The notes beneath the pieces are model-generated. The model searched no databases. It was not told the origin of the DNA and saw nothing but the letters and a program-made list of their open reading frames with translations. A stretch of 64,000 nucleotides of DNA, from the sequence record LR756502.1; one strand, written 5' to 3'. This document shows, one piece after another, positions 52,298-61,500 of the stretch; position 1 is the first letter of the stretch, and each line of letters starts with the position of its first letter. The position numbers and the translations under genes were made by a program.

Positions 52298-53632
52298 ATG
52301 TTAGACTTTTTGTTCAGAAATAAGAAAAATAAAAATAAACAGGAGATTGTTAATAAAATTAATAATACTACTATGGACGACGCGAGCGAGTTTGTTTTAA
52401 AAACATTTCTTAAACTAACATCCAATACTTATCCATATGGATTTGAGGAGTATTTGGTTGATGAAATGATGAAATTAAAAATGTTCCCATCTGATATTCA
52501 AAAGGATGCCTATGGAAACTATTTTTATAAAATTGGTAATTCAAGAACGATGTTTACATCACATCTTGATACTTCTTGTAGAGATTATAAGCCAGTAAAA
52601 CACATATTCCAAAAACATCTTATTAAGACTAATGGAACTACTATCTTGGGTGCTGACGATAAAGCTGGTATGACTATTATGCTTTATATGATGAAGAATA
52701 AAATACCTGGTCTTTATTACTTTTTTATTGGTGAGGAGGTTGGTTGTGTTGGATCTGGATTGGCTGCTAAGCATTTAGCGTTCAAGGCTGACTATGATAG
52801 ATGTGTTTCTTTCGATAGAAGAGGAACCGACTCTGTTATTACTCACCAATCATCATCAAGATGTTGTTCTGATGAATTTGGTAAGCAATTAGCAACTGAG
52901 TTAAATAAGACCGGATTTACATATAAAATAGATGATAGTGGAGTCTATACAGACTCTGCTGAATTTACAAGTGAGATTGCTGAGTGTACTAATATATCAG
53001 TTGGTTACTATAAAGAACATACAACAGAAGAGTCACAAGATATTGAACACTTATCTGAGTTGGCTAAGGCTTGTTTATTGGTTGATTGGGAGTCATTGGT
53101 GACTAAGAGAGATCCATCTAAGACAGAGTATAAATCTTGGGACTATTCAACATCATATTCATCATACGCATCTACATATAGAAAGAGCACTTATCGTGGT
53201 GGTTCTGGTGGAGGTAATTGGAGAGATAGAGACCATGGTTATGGATGGGGTTCTAACTTCAGAAACATAGATAAGGCTTATGGATATGATGATGATTTCT
53301 ATGAGGATGATGAAACAAAGAAAACTCGTAGAGGTAAGAATAAAAAGGATAAAAAGGATAAAAAGGGAACTATCTATTATGATAATGGTAATGGTGAGTT
53401 AATTCCTTTCAATGATAAATTATCAAGAGAGGCATCTGAGTTAGAATTCTTCAATGAGTGTTCTTCTTCATCTGGATCCGATAAATTTGACTGGATAAAG
53501 TTCAAGTTTTTAGATGATAATTTAACAATGGATGAATTGGAAGTTATAAAAAATCAATACCTAGATATGCATGATGAAGAAGAGCGTAGATTCTATGGTA
53601 TTATGAAATCTTATGTTACTCAATTGCGATAG
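52298..53632 (+). CDS. M28/M42-like zinc peptidase with low-complexity C-terminal extension
   Basis: SHLDT, LGADDKAG, IGEEVG, SFDRRG, YTDSAEF, TNISVGY..EH. Confidence 0.85.
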   Translation: MLDFLFRNKKNKNKQEIVNKINNTTMDDASEFVLKTFLKLTSNTYPYGFEEYLVDEMMKLKMFPSDIQKDAYGNYFYKIGNSRTMFTSHLDTSCRDYKPVKHIFQKHLIKTNGTTILGADDKAGMTIMLYMMKNKIPGLYYFFIGEEVGCVGSGLAAKHLAFKADYDRCVSFDRRGTDSVITHQSSSRCCSDEFGKQLATELNKTGFTYKIDDSGVYTDSAEFTSEIAECTNISVGYYKEHTTEESQDIEHLSELAKACLLVDWESLVTKRDPSKTEYKSWDYSTSYSSYASTYRKSTYRGGSGGGNWRDRDHGYGWGSNFRNIDKAYGYDDDFYEDDETKKTRRGKNKKDKKDKKGTIYYDNGNGELIPFNDKLSREASELEFFNECSSSSGSDKFDWIKFKFLDDNLTMDELEVIKNQYLDMHDEEERRFYGIMKSYVTQLR

Positions 53633-53832
53633 TGATCAATAATATCTGATGATTTTATTTTTTCATCAGGAGCATTTGATAATTTAGATTGTGGTATATT
53701 ATGTGTTACTTTATAATACCCACCATTCTTCTCAAGAATTTTAACAGGAGTGATAATATCATTATACCAATATTCTATAAGAATAACATCATCAACATTA
53801 TAAAAAGATTTATATTCAAGTAAAAACTTCAT
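53620..53832 (-). CDS. Small hypothetical protein, CTS-like N-terminus
   Basis: MKFLLEYKSF; TAATATATA 4 nt upstream. Confidence 0.7.
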   Translation of the reverse strand: MKFLLEYKSFYNVDDVILIEYWYNDIITPVKILEKNGGYYKVTHNIPQSKLSNAPDEKIKSSDIIDHYRN

Positions 53833-53836
53833 ACAC

Positions 53837-53845
53837 TATATATTA
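53837..53845 (-). promoter_or_regulatory. Putative late promoter TAATATATA
   Basis: 4 nt before ATG 53832. Confidence 0.7.
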
Positions 53846-54828
53846 TGTTTGGTAGACTCATTTTTGATTTAGATATAGAAGAGTTCATTTATGGAAATAC
53901 TTGTGATAAGATTGTCATGGTTTTGGTTAGTGGTAACTCAACCACAATTAATGAAATTGGTAACTATATAAAGAGAGAGGAACTTGATATAGTTTCCTAT
54001 CTTCCGAAATCTAAGATTAGTAATCTATCAAGTACTGATGATCCATACTCTGATGGGATTGGACGAGTTAGTATTCGGATTGGTAGGTTTGTTAATAAAT
54101 TCATAAAAAATATTGCCTTTAGTAACTATAATATATCCCCAAAAGACCTTGAGTCATTTGTTAATTTATATAAGTCATATTTCTTTAGAAGTGAGTCTAG
54201 TCTAAAGTTAGTTCAAGGTAATGAGATATTAAAGTGGTATTGTGAGGATAGTTATTATCAACATGAAGGAAATAGATTTGGTCCACTTTGGAACTCTTGC
54301 ATGAGACAAAGTGAAAGAAATAAGTTTATGAATCTTTATGTAGATAATGATATTAAAATGCTAATTCTTTTATCTGATGATGGTAGGTTACTTGGTAGAG
54401 CCATTATATGGGAAAAGGCGTTAGGTCTTGATGGTTCTGAGTATAAAGTAATGGATAGAATATATACGATGTATGATCATGACGTTAATATGTTCAAGAA
54501 TTGGGCAAAACAAAATGGATTTTATCATAAGATTGAACAAAGTGCTAAGAGTGAAAAGTACTTTACGAAGTATAATGGTGATGGTGTCTCAGAAAATGCT
54601 GAGATATTGATGTCGGTTACAATGACAAATCATAAACAAAGATATTATCCATATTTAGATACATTTAAATTTTATGACCCAAAGAATGGTCAATTTTCTA
54701 ACAGTGATTTTTACAATCATGAATATATATTGGTTCAAAGTAATGGTGGTCTTTTACCACCAGAGCCAGAACCAGAGCCAGAACCAGAGTTCTATGATGA
54801 TGATGAGAACTATGATCCTGAATGGTAA
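53845..54828 (+). CDS. SCM-motif domain protein (paralog of 3650..5161)
   Basis: IRIGRFV, GNEILKWY, LWNSCMRQ, GRAIIW, MDRIY, YYPYLDTFKFY; EPEPEPEP tail; exact start uncertain. Confidence 0.75.
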   Translation: MFGRLIFDLDIEEFIYGNTCDKIVMVLVSGNSTTINEIGNYIKREELDIVSYLPKSKISNLSSTDDPYSDGIGRVSIRIGRFVNKFIKNIAFSNYNISPKDLESFVNLYKSYFFRSESSLKLVQGNEILKWYCEDSYYQHEGNRFGPLWNSCMRQSERNKFMNLYVDNDIKMLILLSDDGRLLGRAIIWEKALGLDGSEYKVMDRIYTMYDHDVNMFKNWAKQNGFYHKIEQSAKSEKYFTKYNGDGVSENAEILMSVTMTNHKQRYYPYLDTFKFYDPKNGQFSNSDFYNHEYILVQSNGGLLPPEPEPEPEPEFYDDDENYDPEW

Positions 54829-54863
54829 AAAAATAGCCCACTGAAAAGTGGGCTATTTTTTTA
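54826..54863. terminator. Bidirectional intrinsic terminator
   Basis: AAAAAAATAGCCCACT-GAAA-AGTGGGCTATTTTTTT. Confidence 0.9.
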
Positions 54864-55673
54864 CAAACCATTTTGAAATTTGTACTTTTCATATCTATCA
54901 ACTAAGTCTATTAGAAATTTATTTCTAACAATATCACTAACTCCAAATTTATGGCTATAGATATCATTGAGTGGTCTCTTGTAGTTTTGTTGGCTTTTTG
55001 TTCCGTCATCTTCTCTAAACTCATAGTCTCCAGTTGTGATTGATATAAAATCTAAAAACTTTGAGTCTCTCTTCTTAATATCATATTGTGAGATATCTCC
55101 CATCATTATAGCTTTTGAATTTTTACCTAGACGAGTTGACCAAAGCATTAGTTGATGCATTGTGCAATTTTGAGCCTCATCTAATAACATAAGTGATTCA
55201 TCATATGTAGTGCCTCTCATATACGCAAGTGGTTCAACAACAACTTCACCTATTGATTTCATAAACTCAAATGATTGTTTACCAACTATTTTCTGAAATG
55301 TAGTGAAGTAGGATTGCATATATGGATCAGTCTTTTCCTCAATAGTTCCTGGTAGAAATCCCAAACTTTCACCACTTTCCTGTATAGGTTTTGTTAATAC
55401 AATTCTTTCAATTTTCTTATCAGCAAGAAGTCCAATTGCCGCATAACAAGCAACAAATGTTTTGGCTGTTCCAGCAGGTCCTTGGCAAATTGTTAGGGTA
55501 TTGTTTCTAATTCCTTTATATAGTTCCTCCTGATTGGGACTTAAAGTTATAATAGTTTTTATTTTTTCCCATTCTTGCTTTGTTACTCCAGATTTACGAG
55601 GTGTTTTATTCTTATTAAACTCTTCAACACCGTTCTCAATCTCTCTTTGGTTTCGTTGTTTTTCTCTGCTCAT
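54861..55673 (-). CDS. phoH: PhoH-like ATPase
   Basis: GPAGTAKT, GFLPG, LAYMRGTT, LDEAQN, GDISQYD. Confidence 0.93.
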   Translation of the reverse strand: MSREKQRNQREIENGVEEFNKNKTPRKSGVTKQEWEKIKTIITLSPNQEELYKGIRNNTLTICQGPAGTAKTFVACYAAIGLLADKKIERIVLTKPIQESGESLGFLPGTIEEKTDPYMQSYFTTFQKIVGKQSFEFMKSIGEVVVEPLAYMRGTTYDESLMLLDEAQNCTMHQLMLWSTRLGKNSKAIMMGDISQYDIKKRDSKFLDFISITTGDYEFREDDGTKSQQNYKRPLNDIYSHKFGVSDIVRNKFLIDLVDRYEKYKFQNGL

Positions 55674-55745
55674 TAAGGAATTTCTTTTTTTTATATATTG
55701 TATTACTTACTTTACCTTTATATGCTAATCAGAAAGATAAAGTTT

Positions 55746-55754
55746 TAATATATA
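55746..55754 (+). promoter_or_regulatory. Putative late promoter TAATATATA
   Basis: Heads the operon with the giant virion gene. Confidence 0.7.
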
Positions 55755-55775
55755 CTAAAATTTATATATGAATAG

Positions 55776-55991
55776 GTGAAGAACCGTGATGATTTGATTT
55801 ATGATCTTATTTTTTCTGAAAATCTGAAATATACGATCGATGTTTCTGAGTATGTTAGTGACATATATAAGTATGAGGAATTTGTCTCGGATATTAAAAA
55901 AGTGCTAAAAAAATCAAAAGTTTCTATTGTTAAAAGTTCTGTTCTACTTGATAGTAAAACAGCAACATGGGAATTGAAAGTAAAGAAGTAA
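55776..55991 (+). CDS. Hypothetical protein (late operon leader gene)
   Basis: GTG start; TAATATATA at 55746. Confidence 0.6.
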   Translation: MKNRDDLIYDLIFSENLKYTIDVSEYVSDIYKYEEFVSDIKKVLKKSKVSIVKSSVLLDSKTATWELKVKK

Positions 55992-55992
55992 G

Positions 55993-58900
55993 ATGTGGAA
56001 TATTAATAAGGATACAAGTAAGTGGAGTATGACAACTGATAGTCTACCAAAAGATACATTTGATGTATTAAAGCAAGAACTATCAAAGCTAAGGTTTTAC
56101 TCAAAGTGTTTGAGTGGGGCTACATTTATTCCTATGAATAATGTTGATGATGTTTATGATATACTTGGTCAATATGAGCCTAAGAATTGGTACGTTAGTT
56201 CTCCATATTCTGTTACGTCTATTCCACCACAGTATGCATCAGCTATAAGCTCAACAAGTTCTACTGAATACTATACTAAATATCTAGGTGAGTATGGATT
56301 GACTTTGAAGAATTTATTTACTCCAACTAAATTAATAAAAGATTCTATCAATAACTATATCTATGTTGATGTTGCTACAATAGTATCACTTGATAATATT
56401 GGTGAAACTGTTATTGGATTAACTATTGATGGTGTTAGATTAAAAGAGGGTCATAGAGTACTTGTTAAGAATCAAAAAACAAATGTCGTTTTGTCAAACG
56501 TTATTGATCCAAGTACTTATTTTCAGTCTAATTATTATGTAGTAGAGGATTTAGGATTGACAATTGAATATGAGTATTACAATGAGGATAATGGAGTTTA
56601 TATATTTAAAAATAATGTATTAGTTAGAGAGTCTGATTTGGATAGTTATGAAACATGTATGAGATATAGTATATCTGTTAAGCTTGGTGTTATAAACAGA
56701 GAAAAACAATATCATCTATCTAGATTGTTAAATGGGTACTTTCCAACAACATCAGATAACAACCCAATTGAATTTTCTGAAAAACACAATTGGATGTTAA
56801 GAAATAGGGTTGATTATAATAATTTATTTGAAATAAACTATTATGATGTGATTAAGAATGGTACACATTCCTATCAATTAGATGGGGTTACATATAGTAT
56901 TCCTGAAAGGACAATATCTGTCGGTGAATTTGGTGTTATATTAAATAACCAAGAGGGATTGTCAAATATTATCCCAAATAAATATAAAGTTAACCTAAGA
57001 GGTATATCACAAACAACTACAGATTACTGGGTGTGTGGTGATGATGGTACTTTGTTGAAATTAAGAAAACATGACTTTGAATTAACAAAGGTTGATGCTG
57101 ATTGCTCTTGTGGTTCACTCAAAAAAGTAATATCTCCTATTAATTCTATATCATTCTTTAATGACTTACGAGGAGCAGCGGTTGGTGACCTAAATGTTAT
57201 ATTGTTAACTGATGATGGTGGTAAGACTTGGGATAGATTGCGTATAGGTGAGTTTGATGCATATACTTATAATAAAGTAATATATTCAACACTTGATACA
57301 TTTTATGTTGGTGGTGATACTGGCGTTTTCATTGAATTTACATTTAGTTCCGGTGAGTGGATAGCTCATAAGAGAAGAGTCGCAAAATATATTGACTCTG
57401 ATGATGAGTATATACTTGTTGAAGATATAAATGATATGTATGAAACATCAATTACGTCATGGGGTCTAAGTTACTCATATAGTACACAGAGTACATCATC
57501 CGACAAAGACTTGCTTATGTTAGTTACAAATAATGGTAATTTGGTAGCATATGATGTTAATGATTTCATTCCTGAGTTTGACTTTTTATATTTAGATTTT
57601 GGTCAGAATTATGGTGATATTAGATCTATAACAAGAAAAGATAACACAAATGATTTCTACTTCTCTTCTGAGAATATTTATTCATTTGATATTAATAATT
57701 TTAACTATATTACTAGCTCTCAGTCTAATATAATATCAAGTACATATTCAGCATCATTGATATCAAGTGTATATATAAATGAAATGTATGATTATAAAGG
57801 AGAGGAATTAATAATATGTGGTAATACATCTTTATTAAAGAGTGCTACTTATAGTATAGTAAGTTTTAATGATATAGATATAACATTTAATGATAAATTA
57901 AGATCAAAGATGTTATTTATGGATTATGATATTGGTGGTAAGTTAAATTTCTTTGATGATTCTCAGAACTATAGAATGCCTGTATCTGTTACATTTAGTG
58001 GGTCATCATTTAGTGCTGGTACATACTCATATCTATCATTTACTGAGTTGGTATATGGTCCTACCTCACCAAGTTTTATAACTGTTACCGAAAGTAACTG
58101 GTTAACTTATTGGAGTGATAGACAGAAAACATTTGAATATTATAGTTTGGCTCCTTTGGATGAAACAACCAAAGTTAAAATGTCAACAACATTCAGCTAT
58201 TATCCATCAGCTACCTCATCTACATCTATGTACTTTACATCATCTGTTGTTGCTACTGGATATACTGATATACAACCACTTGCTCCTCTTATAAGAAATA
58301 AGACTCTTGGTAGATTCTATAATGCTGGTACTGCGTCAATTACTGCTCCGTCTGTATTATATTCGGTATTCCTTTATGACTATTTAATGGTTGTTAAAAC
58401 ATCAAATACAAACCCAACTCAGGTTGGTGATGTTCTTAGATTTGAGTCAGATGTTGTTGATGGTGATTTCATAGTAAATAAAATGGTTAATATATCAACT
58501 GATAATTATTATTATTTATTTACTGAGTTTAATCAAGCAATTATTAATCAAATAAAGGCTAGCTCTTTACCAATGTCAATAACTAACTTAAACAAATATA
58601 AAGATGTTGATGAATTGTATGATAGGTTTAATTTACATCCAATATCAAAGGCATATGAGATGTCATATTCAACATCCTCTAGTATTGTGGAGATATCTCC
58701 TCTATTTAATAACTATACATCCTACTATAACCTAGCAACAAATGTTATATCAACTGGTGATCTATATACAATGTCATATACCGAGGGGTTCTTGGATTTT
58801 GGATATAAACCAACATATAATATTTTATCATATTTAGAGAGACTTAATCCAGATGTGTTTTTTGGTATAAAGGAATATTTGTCCATGCCTATTTATAATG

Positions 58901-61083
58901 CACTTCCACTTGGATCATTAACATCATCAACTATATGGTTTGAATCGAATGGTATGACCTATTCTGGTGGGGCTTTTAGCTTACCGGTTAATAAGATTTA
59001 CTTTGGTACAGATTTAAGTTTAGAATGGGAAAGTATATTTATAAATACGTTTGTTGATATTACTATACATGGAACATCAGACTATCAAACAGATAAGCTA
59101 TTTGTTATGAATAAGTATTATGACTCTTCATATGACGCATATGTTATTGAATTTCATAAGAGACTTAGTTATACTCTTGGTGATTCTGGTATACTTGGTG
59201 GTAGTGGTACGATGGATATAACATCAAGAAGAACATTACAGCAAATAAGCGATGACTTACAAGAGTTAAATAACTTACAAAGAACTAAGGGTGTTAGTAG
59301 AGAAATTCAAACTGGATTCTCATATACAAACTATGAGAATGAATTAAACTTTAAGTTTCCAACAGATTCTTATGCTAAGATATTACTATCAGATGCTAAT
59401 ACTATTAAAGAGTTAAGTGCTTTGATATACATTGACTATAAGAATGAGTTGGCAATGAATATAACAAGACTGGAGATAGAGTATGAAATACCTATATTTA
59501 ATACATTTAACTTTGGTGGTAATCTTTATGTATCTTGTTCACAGAAACATGACCTTATAGATGGTGATGGTGTTGTATTGGAATTTACTGGTGGTACTGG
59601 TTCTTCTCAACAACTAAATCAACAGTACTTTGGTTATCATGTTGTTACTGTTGTTAATAACTATGATTTTGTATTGGATGTTGCTTATGGTGCTATACCA
59701 ACTGTTGGTAATGATATTGGTATTGTTAAACATATTAAAAAGGATCCATTCTTAAACTACTCTCCTGTTGATATTATTGATATTGGTGTTGATAAGAAGG
59801 GTAAGAGGTCAATAATATTGGGACCTGAAAATGTACAACTTACTGGATCGACATATAAGTTAGTTGATGTTGATTATACGAAGTATAGATTCAGATTAAT
59901 TGATGGTATGAACATTGATATATTAAATTCTAAATATCCTTGGATACTTGAGGCGGAGATAGAAGATGCTATAATTGGTATGGATTCGTCTCAGTCGTTA
60001 ATATGGTATACTGGTATTTGGGAGTGTGGTCGTTGGTTTGGTGGAACTTGGAAGTCAGGAACTTGGAAGTCAGGTGATTGGTATGGTGGTGTTTGGGAGT
60101 CCAAATCAATAACTGATAAACTTTTGACGGTTGCGGTTGATAATGTTACTACCAATAACTCATATTCGAATTGGTTTGATGGTCGTTGGTTTGGTGGTAC
60201 TTGGTCGGGTGGTAACTGGTTCAATGGTAGATGGTATGGTGGTGATTGGAAGACAGGTAACTGGTATAATGGAATTTGGAATGACGGTAACTGGAGAGAT
60301 GGTAGTTTTGTTGGTGGTATATGGGTACTTGGTCAATGGGATAATGGAATTTTTAATACTGATAATAGACCATCTTATTGGTTAGATGGTAAGTGGTATG
60401 GTGGTGACTTTGAAAATGGTATGTGGTATAATGGTATTTTTGATCAGAAAAATGGTAAGAAGTCCAGGTTTGGCACAAATGCATATAATAGTAGAACAGC
60501 TACTTGGCATGGTGGTAAGTGGGTAACTGGTGAATTCCATTCTAGGTTAAATACAAATGATGATGGATATCCAGATGTTTCTGATACTCATAAGTTTTCT
60601 ATTTGGTATACTGGTATATGGTCATCAGGTAATTGGTATGGTGGGATAGCATATGATATTGACTTTAGATCAGGTACTTGGCATGGTGGTATCCTTGATG
60701 ATATTCAAGTTATTGGAGTTGATACAACTAATAATACATTTACTATGAATGGTATATTTAAGTATAACATTGGTGATGATTTACATATAATTGATAACCA
60801 AATTGGTGGTACATACTCTGTTTATGGTAGTAATACAATACCTGGTAGATATAGTGTATTATATACTGTAGAAGATAGTGTAAATAAGTGGACAACTGTT
60901 TATGTTGCTACTGATCTATCAAGCGCTAGTGCTAGTGCTCCATTAAATACTGATATAAGAGTGGTTAGCAGCTTTAGAGGATCTAATTGGAAGTCTGGTA
61001 TTTGGACAAATGGACTATTTGAAAATGGTCTATGGGAAGGTGGTATTTGGTATAATGGTGTTTTTAATGGAACTTGGTCATAA
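55993..61083 (+). CDS. Giant virion structural protein (1696 aa) with BNR-like propeller repeats and WxxGx repeat C-terminus
   Basis: RVLVKNQ; TDDGGKTW; dozens of W-x-x-G-x units from about 60001. Confidence 0.75.
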   Translation: MWNINKDTSKWSMTTDSLPKDTFDVLKQELSKLRFYSKCLSGATFIPMNNVDDVYDILGQYEPKNWYVSSPYSVTSIPPQYASAISSTSSTEYYTKYLGEYGLTLKNLFTPTKLIKDSINNYIYVDVATIVSLDNIGETVIGLTIDGVRLKEGHRVLVKNQKTNVVLSNVIDPSTYFQSNYYVVEDLGLTIEYEYYNEDNGVYIFKNNVLVRESDLDSYETCMRYSISVKLGVINREKQYHLSRLLNGYFPTTSDNNPIEFSEKHNWMLRNRVDYNNLFEINYYDVIKNGTHSYQLDGVTYSIPERTISVGEFGVILNNQEGLSNIIPNKYKVNLRGISQTTTDYWVCGDDGTLLKLRKHDFELTKVDADCSCGSLKKVISPINSISFFNDLRGAAVGDLNVILLTDDGGKTWDRLRIGEFDAYTYNKVIYSTLDTFYVGGDTGVFIEFTFSSGEWIAHKRRVAKYIDSDDEYILVEDINDMYETSITSWGLSYSYSTQSTSSDKDLLMLVTNNGNLVAYDVNDFIPEFDFLYLDFGQNYGDIRSITRKDNTNDFYFSSENIYSFDINNFNYITSSQSNIISSTYSASLISSVYINEMYDYKGEELIICGNTSLLKSATYSIVSFNDIDITFNDKLRSKMLFMDYDIGGKLNFFDDSQNYRMPVSVTFSGSSFSAGTYSYLSFTELVYGPTSPSFITVTESNWLTYWSDRQKTFEYYSLAPLDETTKVKMSTTFSYYPSATSSTSMYFTSSVVATGYTDIQPLAPLIRNKTLGRFYNAGTASITAPSVLYSVFLYDYLMVVKTSNTNPTQVGDVLRFESDVVDGDFIVNKMVNISTDNYYYLFTEFNQAIINQIKASSLPMSITNLNKYKDVDELYDRFNLHPISKAYEMSYSTSSSIVEISPLFNNYTSYYNLATNVISTGDLYTMSYTEGFLDFGYKPTYNILSYLERLNPDVFFGIKEYLSMPIYNALPLGSLTSSTIWFESNGMTYSGGAFSLPVNKIYFGTDLSLEWESIFINTFVDITIHGTSDYQTDKLFVMNKYYDSSYDAYVIEFHKRLSYTLGDSGILGGSGTMDITSRRTLQQISDDLQELNNLQRTKGVSREIQTGFSYTNYENELNFKFPTDSYAKILLSDANTIKELSALIYIDYKNELAMNITRLEIEYEIPIFNTFNFGGNLYVSCSQKHDLIDGDGVVLEFTGGTGSSQQLNQQYFGYHVVTVVNNYDFVLDVAYGAIPTVGNDIGIVKHIKKDPFLNYSPVDIIDIGVDKKGKRSIILGPENVQLTGSTYKLVDVDYTKYRFRLIDGMNIDILNSKYPWILEAEIEDAIIGMDSSQSLIWYTGIWECGRWFGGTWKSGTWKSGDWYGGVWESKSITDKLLTVAVDNVTTNNSYSNWFDGRWFGGTWSGGNWFNGRWYGGDWKTGNWYNGIWNDGNWRDGSFVGGIWVLGQWDNGIFNTDNRPSYWLDGKWYGGDFENGMWYNGIFDQKNGKKSRFGTNAYNSRTATWHGGKWVTGEFHSRLNTNDDGYPDVSDTHKFSIWYTGIWSSGNWYGGIAYDIDFRSGTWHGGILDDIQVIGVDTTNNTFTMNGIFKYNIGDDLHIIDNQIGGTYSVYGSNTIPGRYSVLYTVEDSVNKWTTVYVATDLSSASASAPLNTDIRVVSSFRGSNWKSGIWTNGLFENGLWEGGIWYNGVFNGTWS

Positions 61084-61099
61084 ATTCGACCTATAATAT

Positions 61100-61108
61100 T
61101 AATATATA
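61100..61108 (+). promoter_or_regulatory. Putative late promoter TAATATATA
   Basis: 4 nt before ATG 61113. Confidence 0.7.
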
Positions 61109-61112
61109 GATA

Positions 61113-61499
61113 ATGATAAAGAGATATTCACAATTTATTAAAGAGGCTGATGAATTTGAGAAAACAGATGCTGTTGAAAATTCAAATCCTAATAAGTATA
61201 CAGAGGTTAGAGAAGAGATTAAGTCTATGATTGAAAAGACTATTGAGAAGTCAGGTGGTGAGTTTAAATCATTCACTGAGTCATTTCTTAAATCACCTGA
61301 GGATGTTAAAATCGAAGGCCTTATAAATGATTCTGATGTTTATGACTTTTACCTTAAATGGAGAAATGATATTGATGAAATTCTTAATGATGTTAAGTTC
61401 TATGATGAGTCACCAAGTGATTTGAGTGTATTTGGTTTATATGAATATCTAATAAAGGGTACTGAGAGATCCTTAGAGGAATTCATAAAGGGTTTATAA
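61113..61499 (+). CDS. Hypothetical protein, CTS-like N-terminus
   Basis: MIKRYSQFIKEA; TAATATATA 4 nt upstream. Confidence 0.78.
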   Translation: MIKRYSQFIKEADEFEKTDAVENSNPNKYTEVREEIKSMIEKTIEKSGGEFKSFTESFLKSPEDVKIEGLINDSDVYDFYLKWRNDIDEILNDVKFYDESPSDLSVFGLYEYLIKGTERSLEEFIKGL

Positions 61500-61500
61500 C

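Noticed and set aside
54760-54789. CCAGAG/CCAGAA hexamer repeat
   Set aside because: Simple EPEPEP coding low complexity.
60043-60075. Short periodic DNA repeats (GGAACTTGGAAGTCA) as a CRISPR-like array
   Set aside because: They are in-frame coding repeats of the WxxGx protein region with no unique spacers. No CRISPR array or cas gene was seen in the window.
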